From positions 99,928 through 123,927 of the forward strand of contig JBKEBK010000024.1 in NCBI GenBank assembly GCA_047973125.1: a stretch of 24,000 nucleotides of DNA, given 5' to 3'. This stretch comes from Anaerorhabdus sp. Its GTDB lineage: Bacteria > Bacillota_I > Bacilli_A > Erysipelotrichales > Erysipelotrichaceae. Positions 1 through 8,338 of the stretch are shown one piece after another. Each line of letters begins with the position of its first letter. Within the stretch, counting starts at the first letter, position 1. Under the pieces are notes generated by a model. The model did not search any database and was not told the origin of the DNA. It saw only the letters and a program-made list of their open reading frames with translations. Position numbers and translations under genes: made by a program.

Positions 1-121
1 CAACACCATCAAGTAAAGTGGTGTTTGCTCTTCCTGTTCTAATTGTTGCTAGATTCTTCTCAAAATGCTCTATCGAAGCAATCATTTTACTTTTTGCATT
101 ATCTACTATTAAATATGTCAT
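1..121 (-). CDS. frr: ribosome recycling factor Frr, first 40 codons (gene runs off the left edge)
   Basis: Absent from the ORF track because it is too short in-window. A reverse-strand ATG at 121 is preceded by AAGAGGAG with about 8 nt spacing, inside the pyrH 3' end. The translation [40 protein letters not shown] carries the Frr N-terminal IRTGRAN..LLD signature. pyrH-frr is the conserved bacterial gene order. Confidence 0.8.
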   Translation of the reverse strand, partial: MTYLIVDNAKSKMIASIEHFEKNLATIRTGRANTTLLDGV

Positions 122-833
122 TATTATCTCCTCTTTGAACTAATGTTCCAATTTCTTCTTGCATTATCGCTCTTTTAATATTTCCTTCTTCATTCATATT
201 AAACACAATTAAATCAATATCATTATCCATGCACAGGCTAGTGGCAGTTGAATCCATAACCATTAAACCCTGATTTAACATATCCATATACGTTAATTTA
301 TCATATTTAATTGCATCATCGTTACATTTTGGATCTGCTGAATAAACTCCATCAACACCATTTTTTGCCATCAAAATTACATCAGCTTTAATTTCAGATG
401 CTCTAAGAGCAGCTGTTGTATCGGTTGAAAAGTACGGGTTACCTGTACCTCCACCAAATATTACTACACGACCTTTGTCAAGATGTCTTAGTGCTCTTCT
501 TACAATAAATGGTTCTGCAACTTTATTCATTTCAATTGCAGTTTGAACTCTAGTTGGGACTTCCGCTTGTTCAAGAGCACCCTGAATTGCCAAAGCATTA
601 ATCAAGGTTGCAAGCATTCCCATATAGTCACCCTGTACTCGATCTATTCCAATAGTTTCAGCAGTTTTACCTCTTATAAAATTGCCACCACCAACAACAA
701 TTGCCAAATCAATTCCTTGTGAGTGTATTTCTTTAATCTCAGCTGCTAATTTATGCAATATTTTTGGATCAAAATTATTCTTTTCACTAGACAGTGCTTC
801 ACCACTTAATTTCAGTAAAACTCGTTGGTACAT
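99..833 (-). CDS. pyrH: UMP kinase PyrH
   Basis: ORF 99..854 trimmed to the ATG at 833, which has GAGGT 8 nt upstream. The N-terminus then reads [14 protein letters not shown], the canonical UMP-kinase start. Amino-acid-kinase motifs [17 protein letters not shown] and [12 protein letters not shown] are present. Confidence 0.93.
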   Translation of the reverse strand: MYQRVLLKLSGEALSSEKNNFDPKILHKLAAEIKEIHSQGIDLAIVVGGGNFIRGKTAETIGIDRVQGDYMGMLATLINALAIQGALEQAEVPTRVQTAIEMNKVAEPFIVRRALRHLDKGRVVIFGGGTGNPYFSTDTTAALRASEIKADVILMAKNGVDGVYSADPKCNDDAIKYDKLTYMDMLNQGLMVMDSTATSLCMDNDIDLIVFNMNEEGNIKRAIMQEEIGTLVQRGDNNDIFNSR

Positions 834-862
834 TTTAATTACCTCGCTTTTCATCTTATAAA

Positions 863-891
863 ATTATATATTAATATACATCATTAATCAA
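863..891 (-). promoter_or_regulatory. sigma-A type promoter for pyrH-frr (TTGATT-17 nt-TATAAT)
   Basis: On the reverse strand, TTGATT (886..891) and TATAAT (863..868) are separated by exactly 17 nt, about 30 nt upstream of the pyrH start. Confidence 0.6.
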
Positions 892-934
892 CACATGGGG
901 TAAATATTTCATTTGGTTAGTACCACCTAACATT

Positions 935-2377
935 TTAATTTATAGTATTTTTTTTGATTAATTCATTTTTCAAGTCGAATAGTTTCTTAGAATAGTCGAC
1001 ATAGTATTTATGAGGGAATTGTTGCCTTTTAAGTTCATCCCATAATGTAGATAACTCAAATTCACAATTTTCTCTAACTTCTTTAGTTGTAGGTACATCA
1101 TACACACATTTACCTTTTTCAAAGATTTTAACCTGTAAAACTCTAGCTTTAAAGTTTGTGATCTCTTTTTGTTTCCACGGTGCATTTGGATCAAATAATA
1201 AATATTTATCTTTTGGAACCTCTTCATCATTTAACATGATAACATCACCAATTGCTTTGTTTGTATCCAAATCATAAAAACGCACGACCTTTTTAAAACC
1301 AGGATTAGTTAATTTTTCAATATTTTCACTCATCTTAATTTTAGGAATAATAACATTGTCTTTCTCACAAGCAACAACTTTATATACTCCACCTAATACT
1401 GGAGTGCTCTTTGATGTAATCAATTTCTCGCCAACTCCAAATATATCAATTGGTGCATTTTGTGCGATCAAGTCTTCAATTATTTTTTCATCAAGAGAAT
1501 TTGAAGCAATTATTTTGCAGTCTGTTAAACCAGCATTATCTAACATTTTTCGAGATTTTTTTGCTAAATATGAAAGATCTCCAGAATCAATCCTAATAGC
1601 TTTAAGACGATAACCATTTGGAATCAATTCTTCCTTAGCAACTTTAATAGCATTTGGAATTCCTGAATTCAAAGTATCATATGTATCAACTAGGAACACA
1701 CAAGTTTCAGGTGAAACTTGTGCATATGCCTTAAATGCTTCTAATTCACTATCATGTAGTTGGATATAACTATGAGCAGTAGTTCCAGTAATTGGTACAC
1801 CATATTTAAATCCAGCAATTGTACACGCACTAGATGAACAACCACCAATATACGCTGCCCTTGCCCCTTCAACTGCCGCATCAAATTCATGAGCTCTTCT
1901 AGAACCCATTTCAATAACACTTCTTCCTTTTGCTGCATGATTTATTCTAAATGATTTCGTTGTTATTAATGTTGCATAGTTTACACAAAGAAGTAACATC
2001 GTTTCAAGAAGCTGTGCTTGAATAATGTTCCCTCTTACAGTAATCAGTGGCTCATTAGCAAAGACAACAGTCCCTTCAGGACATGCCCAAATATCTACAT
2101 CAAGGGTAATATTTTTTAAATACGACAAAAAATCTTCATCAAAATATCCAGTTTGTCTAAGATATTCTATCGTATCATCATCATATTTAAATTGCTTAAT
2201 AAATTCTATAAATCTATGAAGACCATTAAATATTAAGAATCCACCTTGATCTGGTATTTTTCTTGTAAACATGTCAAAATATCCTATTTCATTATGCTTA
2301 TTCTCTTTGAAATAAGCATAGGCCATAGTATATTCATAGAAGTCAGTCATAAGCATCATTTCTTGGTTGCTTTTCAT
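935..2377 (-). CDS. pncB: nicotinate phosphoribosyltransferase (NAPRTase, Preiss-Handler salvage)
   Basis: 480 aa. The N-terminal LMTDFYEYTMAYAYF plus the GTTAHSY and IRIDSGDL motifs match the ~490-aa Firmicute NAPRTase type. The ATG overlaps the pncA stop (TTATGA), indicating translational coupling. Confidence 0.88.
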   Translation of the reverse strand: MKSNQEMMLMTDFYEYTMAYAYFKENKHNEIGYFDMFTRKIPDQGGFLIFNGLHRFIEFIKQFKYDDDTIEYLRQTGYFDEDFLSYLKNITLDVDIWACPEGTVVFANEPLITVRGNIIQAQLLETMLLLCVNYATLITTKSFRINHAAKGRSVIEMGSRRAHEFDAAVEGARAAYIGGCSSSACTIAGFKYGVPITGTTAHSYIQLHDSELEAFKAYAQVSPETCVFLVDTYDTLNSGIPNAIKVAKEELIPNGYRLKAIRIDSGDLSYLAKKSRKMLDNAGLTDCKIIASNSLDEKIIEDLIAQNAPIDIFGVGEKLITSKSTPVLGGVYKVVACEKDNVIIPKIKMSENIEKLTNPGFKKVVRFYDLDTNKAIGDVIMLNDEEVPKDKYLLFDPNAPWKQKEITNFKARVLQVKIFEKGKCVYDVPTTKEVRENCEFELSTLWDELKRQQFPHKYYVDYSKKLFDLKNELIKKNTIN

Positions 2378-2949
2378 AATGACAACTCACCCTCTTTTAA
2401 AATTTTAATACCAGCACCCTTTAAAATATTTAACGAATTTGCATTGCATTCTGAGCGTAAATGCCCATCAGTCTCAAATGTATCAACAGCATCTTCAATT
2501 ACAATGACTTCAATATCTAAATTATTTTGATTAACATAACCCTTAAGTGATAAAGCAAATTGTAATACACAAATATCAGTGCAACAACCCACAATAATAT
2601 ACTTTTTACAATCTAGATTGTTAAAAATGTTTAAAAACTCTGGTTGCATAAAACCATTAGTTGAATTCTTTTTTAATGTAATCATTTTATCTTCATATTG
2701 AATAAGTTCATCTATTAATAATGATTCATAGGTTCCTTTTATACAATGTTTTGGAAATACTTCAAATTCTTTTGAATTTTCCTCATGACTATCTTGAAAA
2801 TTAATAATAGTGCTGCCATTATCTACTGCTTTATCCAAAATATTTTTAATTGCAGGTACAATTTTAAGAATCCCAGGATCACTTAATGCCCCCTCTTTTA
2901 CAAATCCATTAACCATATCAACAACAACTATGCAAGTCTTATCATCCAC
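2374..2949 (-). CDS. pncA: nicotinamidase / pyrazinamidase (isochorismatase fold)
   Basis: 191 aa. Shows the nicotinamidase pattern: Asp in VVVDMVNGF, metal site QDSHEE...FPKHCIKGT, Lys in TLKKNSTNGF and nucleophile Cys in VGCCTDICV. GTG start at 2949 with AAGG upstream. Located directly upstream of pncB. Confidence 0.8.
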   Translation of the reverse strand: MDDKTCIVVVDMVNGFVKEGALSDPGILKIVPAIKNILDKAVDNGSTIINFQDSHEENSKEFEVFPKHCIKGTYESLLIDELIQYEDKMITLKKNSTNGFMQPEFLNIFNNLDCKKYIIVGCCTDICVLQFALSLKGYVNQNNLDIEVIVIEDAVDTFETDGHLRSECNANSLNILKGAGIKILKEGELSL

Positions 2950-2976
2950 TTCTATTACCTTCTTTCATTATTACTT

Positions 2977-2985
2977 ATAATATCA
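2977..2985 (-). promoter_or_regulatory. extended -10 element (TGATATTAT) for pncA-pncB
   Basis: The reverse strand reads TGaTATTAT about 28 nt upstream of the GTG start. No good -35 is present, but extended -10 promoters do not need one. Confidence 0.4.
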
Positions 2986-3000
2986 TAAATATTCTAGATA

Positions 3001-3009
3001 TGATATAAT
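3001..3009 (+). promoter_or_regulatory. extended -10 element (TGATATAAT) for the M16 peptidase pair
   Basis: TGaTATAAT at 3001..3009 is followed by AGGAGG at 3023..3028 and the ATG at 3037. It is the mirror image of the pncA element 16 bp away. Confidence 0.5.
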
Positions 3010-3036
3010 ACCATAAACTATTAGGAGGATAAATTA

Positions 3037-4278
3037 ATGATTAAGCATCAAATTGCAGAAAATGTAAATCTAAACATTATTAATACAAAACAATTCAAAG
3101 ATGTTACAATATCAATACGTTTTTTAAATGATGTTAGTAAATGTAATAACCCAATAAGATATATTTTAAGTACGTTTCTAAGTACTCGTTGTAAAGATTT
3201 TCCAACAAAATTATCATTCACTAATAAATTAGCTAGTCTTTTTGGAGCTCAAGTTACTGAAAATAATAATTTAAATGGTAAAGCCCACAGTATTGAGTTA
3301 TCCCTATCCGTAATTAATGAAATATTTTCTGATACTAAATTATTAGAGTCTCAATTTCAATTATTATCATCAATGATTTTTAACCCATTATTAGATGATG
3401 AGGATTATTTCATTGAAATTAAAAATATGCTGATCTTACAAGTGCAATCTTATCAAGATGACATTTCTTTTTATTCATCAAACAAAGCTAAAGAAAATTA
3501 TAATGATATCCTGAAACTTAAATCACTTCCTACAGTAGAACAAATAAATATGATTTCACAAGAGGAAGTTAAAAAAGAATATTTAAAAATGATTAATGAA
3601 GAAATTATAAATATTTTTGTACTAGGAGATATCGATGAAGATAAGATTATAAAATATACAACAAAGTATTTTCCATTTTCAGATCGTAAACAAGATAATT
3701 TCTGTGTCACTCAATATGCAACCAGAAATAAATTTGATAGAGTAAATGAATATTTAGATACCAATCAGAGTCACTTAATTATGTATTATGAGTTACATAG
3801 AAATATTACTAATAACGATTACTATGCTTCAGTTGTTGCTAATGCCATCTTCGGACTTCTACCATCATCATTCCTATTTCAAGAAGTGAGAGAAAAAAGA
3901 AGCCTATGTTACTCTATCTACTCAACCAATGATAACTTTGATGGAATTTTAAAAGTTAAAACAGCTGTAGATAGAAGTAAAATTGATGAAACAATAAAAT
4001 TAATTGAACAGCAATTAATTAAAGTAAAGAATCAAGAATTCACAGATGAACATTTAGAATCTGTAAAGATGACTTTGGTAAACTCAATTAATGGAGTCTA
4101 TGATAACAAGCATACTCTAATAGATTTTTACTATAATAATATACTTAGTAAAATAGATAGAGAAGTAAATGATATTATAGAAGCCATTAATAAAGTCACT
4201 AAAAATGATGTTGTAACATCATTTAAAGATATTGAACTAAAGCTTATTTATTCGTTAATGAATAAGGAGGATAACTAG
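3037..4278 (+). CDS. M16B (pitrilysin/insulinase) family protein, non-catalytic subunit (YmfF-like)
   Basis: 413 aa with AGGAGG 8 nt upstream. Carries the M16 C-terminal-domain motif FLFQEVREKRSLCYSIYS. No HxxEH zinc motif is present; the equivalent region reads IRYILSTFLSTRCKDF. Its stop overlaps the partner's GTG start (TAGTG). Confidence 0.8.
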   Translation: MIKHQIAENVNLNIINTKQFKDVTISIRFLNDVSKCNNPIRYILSTFLSTRCKDFPTKLSFTNKLASLFGAQVTENNNLNGKAHSIELSLSVINEIFSDTKLLESQFQLLSSMIFNPLLDDEDYFIEIKNMLILQVQSYQDDISFYSSNKAKENYNDILKLKSLPTVEQINMISQEEVKKEYLKMINEEIINIFVLGDIDEDKIIKYTTKYFPFSDRKQDNFCVTQYATRNKFDRVNEYLDTNQSHLIMYYELHRNITNNDYYASVVANAIFGLLPSSFLFQEVREKRSLCYSIYSTNDNFDGILKVKTAVDRSKIDETIKLIEQQLIKVKNQEFTDEHLESVKMTLVNSINGVYDNKHTLIDFYYNNILSKIDREVNDIIEAINKVTKNDVVTSFKDIELKLIYSLMNKEDN

Positions 4279-5552
4279 TGAAAACAATTAATAATACAAA
4301 ATATGGTGAAACATACATAGAAGAGACTTTAGACAACGGTCTAAATGTTGTAATATGGGAAAAGAAAGGATATGCAACTACAACGTGTTTATTTGGAACA
4401 CCGTATGGTAGTTTAGACATTAAGCAAATTGATGAAGATAAAAACATTATCACATATCCTGCAGGATCAGCACACTTTCTTGAACATAAACTATTTGAAT
4501 CTGAAAACGGAGATATTCTAAGTGAATTTACAAATCTTGGAGCTTCTGTTAATGCTTTTACATCTTTCAATGAGACAGTGTATTATTTTAACACTACAAG
4601 TAAAGATATAAAAAAACCACTTGAACTTTTACTAGATTTTGTTCAAGATCTAAAGATAACAGATGAATCAGTAGAAAAAGAAAAAGGCATAATTAAACAA
4701 GAATTAAGTATGTATTTAGATCAACCAAACTACCGCTTATACTTTGAAACATTAAAATCATTATACTATAATCATCCACTTAAAATAGATGTTGGTGGAA
4801 CACATGAAAGCGTAGATGCTACAACAAAAAAAGATCTTGAAGAATGTTACAATAGAAACTATCATCCATCAAATATGCATCTTGTAATCGTAAGTTCAAT
4901 TGATAAGAATAAATTATTAAAAATTGTAAAAGAAAACCAAAGTAAAAAAAGTTTTTCAAAATTTAAAAAATTGACAAGGCATATCGAAAAAGAACCAGAA
5001 AGCGTATATAGAAAAGATTTTAATATAAAACTTAATGTAAGGAATTTTAAAACTAGTTATGCCATAAAATTATTACCATCAAATATGGATAGCAAAAATT
5101 TGATTAAAGAAAAATGGTGTACCTATTTTATATTAGAATCATATTTTTCTGGATTAAATTCAAAATATCAAAGTTGGATTAAAAAACAGGAAATATCATC
5201 ATTCTTTAGATACGAAGAAAATATTACAAAAGATGCATCATTTATTATATTTTATGATGAAGGAATTGCTCCTGATAAATTTAAAAACTTTGTAAGCAAC
5301 CAATTAGAAAAATTTAAAGAGTCAAAGATTTCATCAGAACAATTAGAACTACTTAAAAAAAGTTGTTTTGGAAATACTCTAAGAAAATTAAATTACCCTA
5401 ATGAAATTGGAACATCTCATTTTAGAAACATTCAAAAAAATACTACAATATTTGAGCAATTGAATATCATACAATCTATTACAATCGAAGATTGTAATAA
5501 ATTAATTGAGTCTCTAGATCTAAATAATAGTTGTACAGTAAGTATTTCATAA
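4278..5552 (+). CDS. M16B zinc metallopeptidase, catalytic subunit (YmfH-like)
   Basis: 424 aa. Inverted zincin motif HFLEH at residues 66-70, with a downstream Glu region (EKEKGIIKQEL). GTG start with AAGGAGGA 7 nt upstream, inside the preceding gene. Confidence 0.85.
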   Translation: MKTINNTKYGETYIEETLDNGLNVVIWEKKGYATTTCLFGTPYGSLDIKQIDEDKNIITYPAGSAHFLEHKLFESENGDILSEFTNLGASVNAFTSFNETVYYFNTTSKDIKKPLELLLDFVQDLKITDESVEKEKGIIKQELSMYLDQPNYRLYFETLKSLYYNHPLKIDVGGTHESVDATTKKDLEECYNRNYHPSNMHLVIVSSIDKNKLLKIVKENQSKKSFSKFKKLTRHIEKEPESVYRKDFNIKLNVRNFKTSYAIKLLPSNMDSKNLIKEKWCTYFILESYFSGLNSKYQSWIKKQEISSFFRYEENITKDASFIIFYDEGIAPDKFKNFVSNQLEKFKESKISSEQLELLKKSCFGNTLRKLNYPNEIGTSHFRNIQKNTTIFEQLNIIQSITIEDCNKLIESLDLNNSCTVSIS

Positions 5553-5579
5553 TAGTTATAAATTTGAGATTTTACAACA

Positions 5580-5616
5580 AAAATGACTAGTTCTCCCATA
5601 AAGAATTAGTCATTTT
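5580..5616 (+). terminator. rho-independent terminator after the M16 pair
   Basis: A roughly 15-bp stem, AAAATGACTAGTTCT / AGAATTAGTCATTTT, with one G-T position and a 7-nt loop. The 3' arm ends in TTTT. Confidence 0.65.
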
Positions 5617-5642
5617 AAGTATAATCATAGTGATATCTAATT

Positions 5643-5671
5643 TTGTTTTAATTTATAAAATATTATATAGT
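5643..5671 (+). promoter_or_regulatory. sigma-A type promoter for the SSB-like gene (TTGTTT-17 nt-TATAGT)
   Basis: TTGTTT at 5643..5648 and TATAGT at 5666..5671 with a 17-nt spacer. AGGAGG precedes the ATG at 5692. Confidence 0.5.
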
Positions 5672-5691
5672 GCACTCAGGAGGATAAAACT

Positions 5692-6006
5692 ATGTTAAAT
5701 CAATGTGCATTAGTTGGAAAAATAAAAGAGTTACCTGAAATGAAAAAGACTAACAGTGGAACTATTACTGCATCACTAATCATTGAAGTTGACAGAAATT
5801 TTAGAAACTCTAGCGGACAAATTGAACAAGATATCTTTAGTGTTCAAGTTTGGAGAGGAATTGCTGAAGAATGTTGTAACATTTGTAAAGTAAATTCAAT
5901 TGTCGCAATAAGAGGAAGACTTAATTCTAGAATAAACTCAACTGAAACAAGTACATTTTATAACACCGACATCATTGCCGAAAAAGTTACATTTATTAAA
6001 GTGTAA
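5692..6006 (+). CDS. single-stranded DNA-binding protein paralogue, OB-fold only (no C-terminal tail; SsbB-like)
   Basis: 104 aa. The pattern MLNQCALVGKI..P....T..G......IEVDRNFRN..G....DIF.V.VWRGIAEE......K.S.V.I.GRL matches the SSB OB-fold consensus (MLN.V.L.GRL..DPE...T..G). The protein ends AEKVTFIKV, with no Gly/Pro/Gln linker or acidic tip. Confidence 0.75.
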   Translation: MLNQCALVGKIKELPEMKKTNSGTITASLIIEVDRNFRNSSGQIEQDIFSVQVWRGIAEECCNICKVNSIVAIRGRLNSRINSTETSTFYNTDIIAEKVTFIKV

Positions 6007-6013
6007 AAAAAAT

Positions 6014-6048
6014 CTTATGCAAATCCAATTATTTGGATGATGCATAAG
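6014..6048. terminator. bidirectional rho-independent terminator between convergent ssb-like and ftsK
   Basis: Hairpin CTTATGCA-A-ATCCAA-TTAT-TTGGAT-GA-TGCATAAG (8 + 6 bp). It is flanked by an A-run (6005..6012) and a T-run (6049..6055), so it can work on both strands. Confidence 0.8.
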
Positions 6049-6053
6049 TTTTT

Positions 6054-8321
6054 TTATTCAATTATATCTTCTTTTTTCAAATATACTTCTCTAGGTTTAG
6101 ACCCTCTTGCCTCACCAATTATACCACGGTCTTCTAATAAATCTATCATCCTAGCAGCACGGTTATAACCAAGAGCAAAACGGCGTTGAATAAGTGATGT
6201 TGAAGCCTTTTGCACTTCAATTACATAATCTTTTACTTCTTGATAAAGCGGGTCATCTTCTGCCTTGACAATTGCAGTTACCGCATTCCCTTCTACTCCA
6301 TCTAATTCTAAAAACTTATCATTATAATATGGATTAGCTTGATTTGAACAATAGTCAGTTATATTTTTAACTTCATCATCACTAACATATGCACCTTGTA
6401 ATCTAATTGCAGACGATGCTCCAATTGGTTGATAAAGCATATCACCATTTCCAAGTAAACGCTCAGCACCAACTGAATCAAGAATTACTCTAGAGTCAAT
6501 TCCACTTGATACACTAAATGCTATTCTTGATGGAACATTAGCTTTAATAATTCCTGTTATTACATCAGAACTAGGCCTTTGTGTTGCTATAATTAAATGA
6601 ATACCCGCAGCACGCGCAAGTTGGGTAATTCTTTGTATACTTAATTCTACATCTTTACCAGCTATCGCCATAAGATCAGCAAGCTCATCAACAATTACAA
6701 TTATAAATGGCATTTTTTCTGTATTTTCACTACCAGAAAACTCATCAACCTTATTATTAAAGCTATCTATATTTCTAACTCCAGCTTTAGAGAAAGCATC
6801 ATATCGTTCTTCCATAATTTGAACAACAACATTAAGGGCCTTGGAAGCTTCAGTAGCATCACTTATAACCGGAGCAATCAAATGCGGAATCTTTTGATAT
6901 GGTGTGAATTCTACTTTTTTAGGATCAACAAGCAATAACTTAACTTCACTTGGTTTTGCTCTTAATAATATTGATGTTATAATTGTATTCATACACACCG
7001 ACTTACCACTTCCTGTTGCTCCTGCAACAAGTAAGTGAGGCATTTTATGCATATCACAATAAACTGGTTGTCCAAGTAAATCCTTACCCAATGCAATAAG
7101 GGTTTTTTTCATTTTTAAATCACTTGGTATATTATTTATTAAAGATTGCATTCTTACCGCAGTAGATTCTACATTAGGAATTTCAATACCAACAGCATTT
7201 CTTCCAGGAATTGGAGCTTCTATTCTAATATCTTTGGCAGCCAATTCCATTTTTATATTATCAGAAATACTGTTTATTTTACTAACTTTAACAGAAATAT
7301 CTGGCTTTAACTCAAACTTTGTTACTGATGGTCCAATATGTGTTGCTAATAACTCTGACTTTATACCAAAGTTTTCCAAAATTTTAATTAATTTTTCACC
7401 CTTATCTTTAGCCGCAACATCATTAGCACTATTTCTGTTTTTACTTTTAGTACTTTCCAATAAACTATGTGGCGGCAAACGATAAGTATCCGTTGTTTTT
7501 TTGGTTTCTACAGCACTGCTTTTACCATCTGTTTTTTCAATAATTGGTGTTTCAACCTTTTTTTCAACACTATTTCCATAGCCTATATCATCAACATCCA
7601 TAAATATAGATTTCTTTTTCTTTTTTTCAAACGAATTGATTACTGACTCTTCTTTATAGATACTTTCAATATTCTCAACTTTATTATCTTCATATTCTTC
7701 TTCATATGCTTCTTCATCTTCAATATCTGACTCAATACTCTCAGTTATATTATTAAACATAGTTTTTAAACTTTTAAAGCAATCCTTAAAAAACGAAAGA
7801 GTGAAAGTACATAAAATCGCCAAGATTACTAAGCATCCTATTAAAATCCAAGTCCCCTCTTTTGCGATTAATACTGAAGTTAATGAATATAGCAAAGCTC
7901 CAAAAAATCCACCCTTAGTTGAAATTGTAACTTCACTAGCAAAATATTGAGGAAGATCACTTAGAAAGTTATTGATAACATCAAAACCACTAATTCCATC
8001 ATAACTAGTTATAGCACTCCATAAAACAATTGCCGAAATGGTACTAATTAATGCCACCAATAACTTTAATCGATGTTCATTCTCTTTTTTATCAAATATA
8101 ACAATTGCAGCTGCAATAATACCTAAAATACAAACTAAGTAATAGTGCTCTCCTACTAAAAATTGAAAAAACCTACTAATGGTAATTCCTACTAATCCAA
8201 ATTTAAATAATGCAACAATGAATACCAAACAAGTCGATACTGCCATTATATATGTCAACAAACTTTTATCTTTATTTTCGCTAGACTTTACAGATTTTTT
8301 TTTACTTTTGTTTTTCGCCAT
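6054..8321 (-). CDS. ftsK: DNA translocase FtsK/SpoIIIE
   Basis: 755 aa. Domain order: N-terminal multi-TM region, acidic linker (DIEDEEAYEEEYED), motor domain with Walker A GATGSGKS and Walker B IIVIVDELADL, then a C-terminal gamma winged-helix (LIQRRFALGYNRAARMIDLLEDRGIIG). AAAGGGGA RBS. Confidence 0.95.
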   Translation of the reverse strand: MAKNKSKKKSVKSSENKDKSLLTYIMAVSTCLVFIVALFKFGLVGITISRFFQFLVGEHYYLVCILGIIAAAIVIFDKKENEHRLKLLVALISTISAIVLWSAITSYDGISGFDVINNFLSDLPQYFASEVTISTKGGFFGALLYSLTSVLIAKEGTWILIGCLVILAILCTFTLSFFKDCFKSLKTMFNNITESIESDIEDEEAYEEEYEDNKVENIESIYKEESVINSFEKKKKKSIFMDVDDIGYGNSVEKKVETPIIEKTDGKSSAVETKKTTDTYRLPPHSLLESTKSKNRNSANDVAAKDKGEKLIKILENFGIKSELLATHIGPSVTKFELKPDISVKVSKINSISDNIKMELAAKDIRIEAPIPGRNAVGIEIPNVESTAVRMQSLINNIPSDLKMKKTLIALGKDLLGQPVYCDMHKMPHLLVAGATGSGKSVCMNTIITSILLRAKPSEVKLLLVDPKKVEFTPYQKIPHLIAPVISDATEASKALNVVVQIMEERYDAFSKAGVRNIDSFNNKVDEFSGSENTEKMPFIIVIVDELADLMAIAGKDVELSIQRITQLARAAGIHLIIATQRPSSDVITGIIKANVPSRIAFSVSSGIDSRVILDSVGAERLLGNGDMLYQPIGASSAIRLQGAYVSDDEVKNITDYCSNQANPYYNDKFLELDGVEGNAVTAIVKAEDDPLYQEVKDYVIEVQKASTSLIQRRFALGYNRAARMIDLLEDRGIIGEARGSKPREVYLKKEDIIE

Positions 8322-8338
8322 TACTTTCCCCTTTACTA

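Noticed and set aside
834-854. N-terminal extension MKSEVIK of pyrH in the track
   Set aside because: The SD sequence (GAGGT) lies inside this extension, 8 nt before the ATG at 833. The trimmed N-terminus matches canonical PyrH.
970-2530. Track ORFs 970..1230(-), 1356..1613(+), 1741..1938(-), 2025..2219(+) and 2246..2530(+)
   Set aside because: All are nested in or antisense to pncB/pncA. They have no Shine-Dalgarno sequence and give low-complexity translations rich in Leu, Ile, Lys and Ser, which is typical of alternative frames in AT-rich DNA.
2975-3010. 11/12-bp inverted repeat TTATAATATCATA-N11-TATGATATAATA in the pncA/M16 intergenic region, considered as an NAD-regulator operator or a dif/Xer site (it contains ATATTCTAG, reminiscent of Bacillus dif as I recall it)
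   Set aside because: The symmetry is fully explained by two divergent extended -10 promoter elements. The arm spacing (11 nt) is wrong for a Xer site, which has a 6-nt core, and the inner CATAA/TTATG arms are not both present. I do not recognise a NiaR/NrtR box. An operator role cannot be excluded but is unsupported.
3498-4570. Track ORFs 3498..3710(-) and 4244..4570(-)
   Set aside because: Both are antisense to the M16 peptidase genes, and the second spans the coupled gene junction. Neither has an RBS or any recognisable motif.
7660-7745. Repetitive GAA/GAT-rich stretch in ftsK
   Set aside because: It encodes the acidic linker (DIEDEEAYEEEYED) between the membrane and motor domains. It is a low-complexity coding region and does not represent a repeat element.
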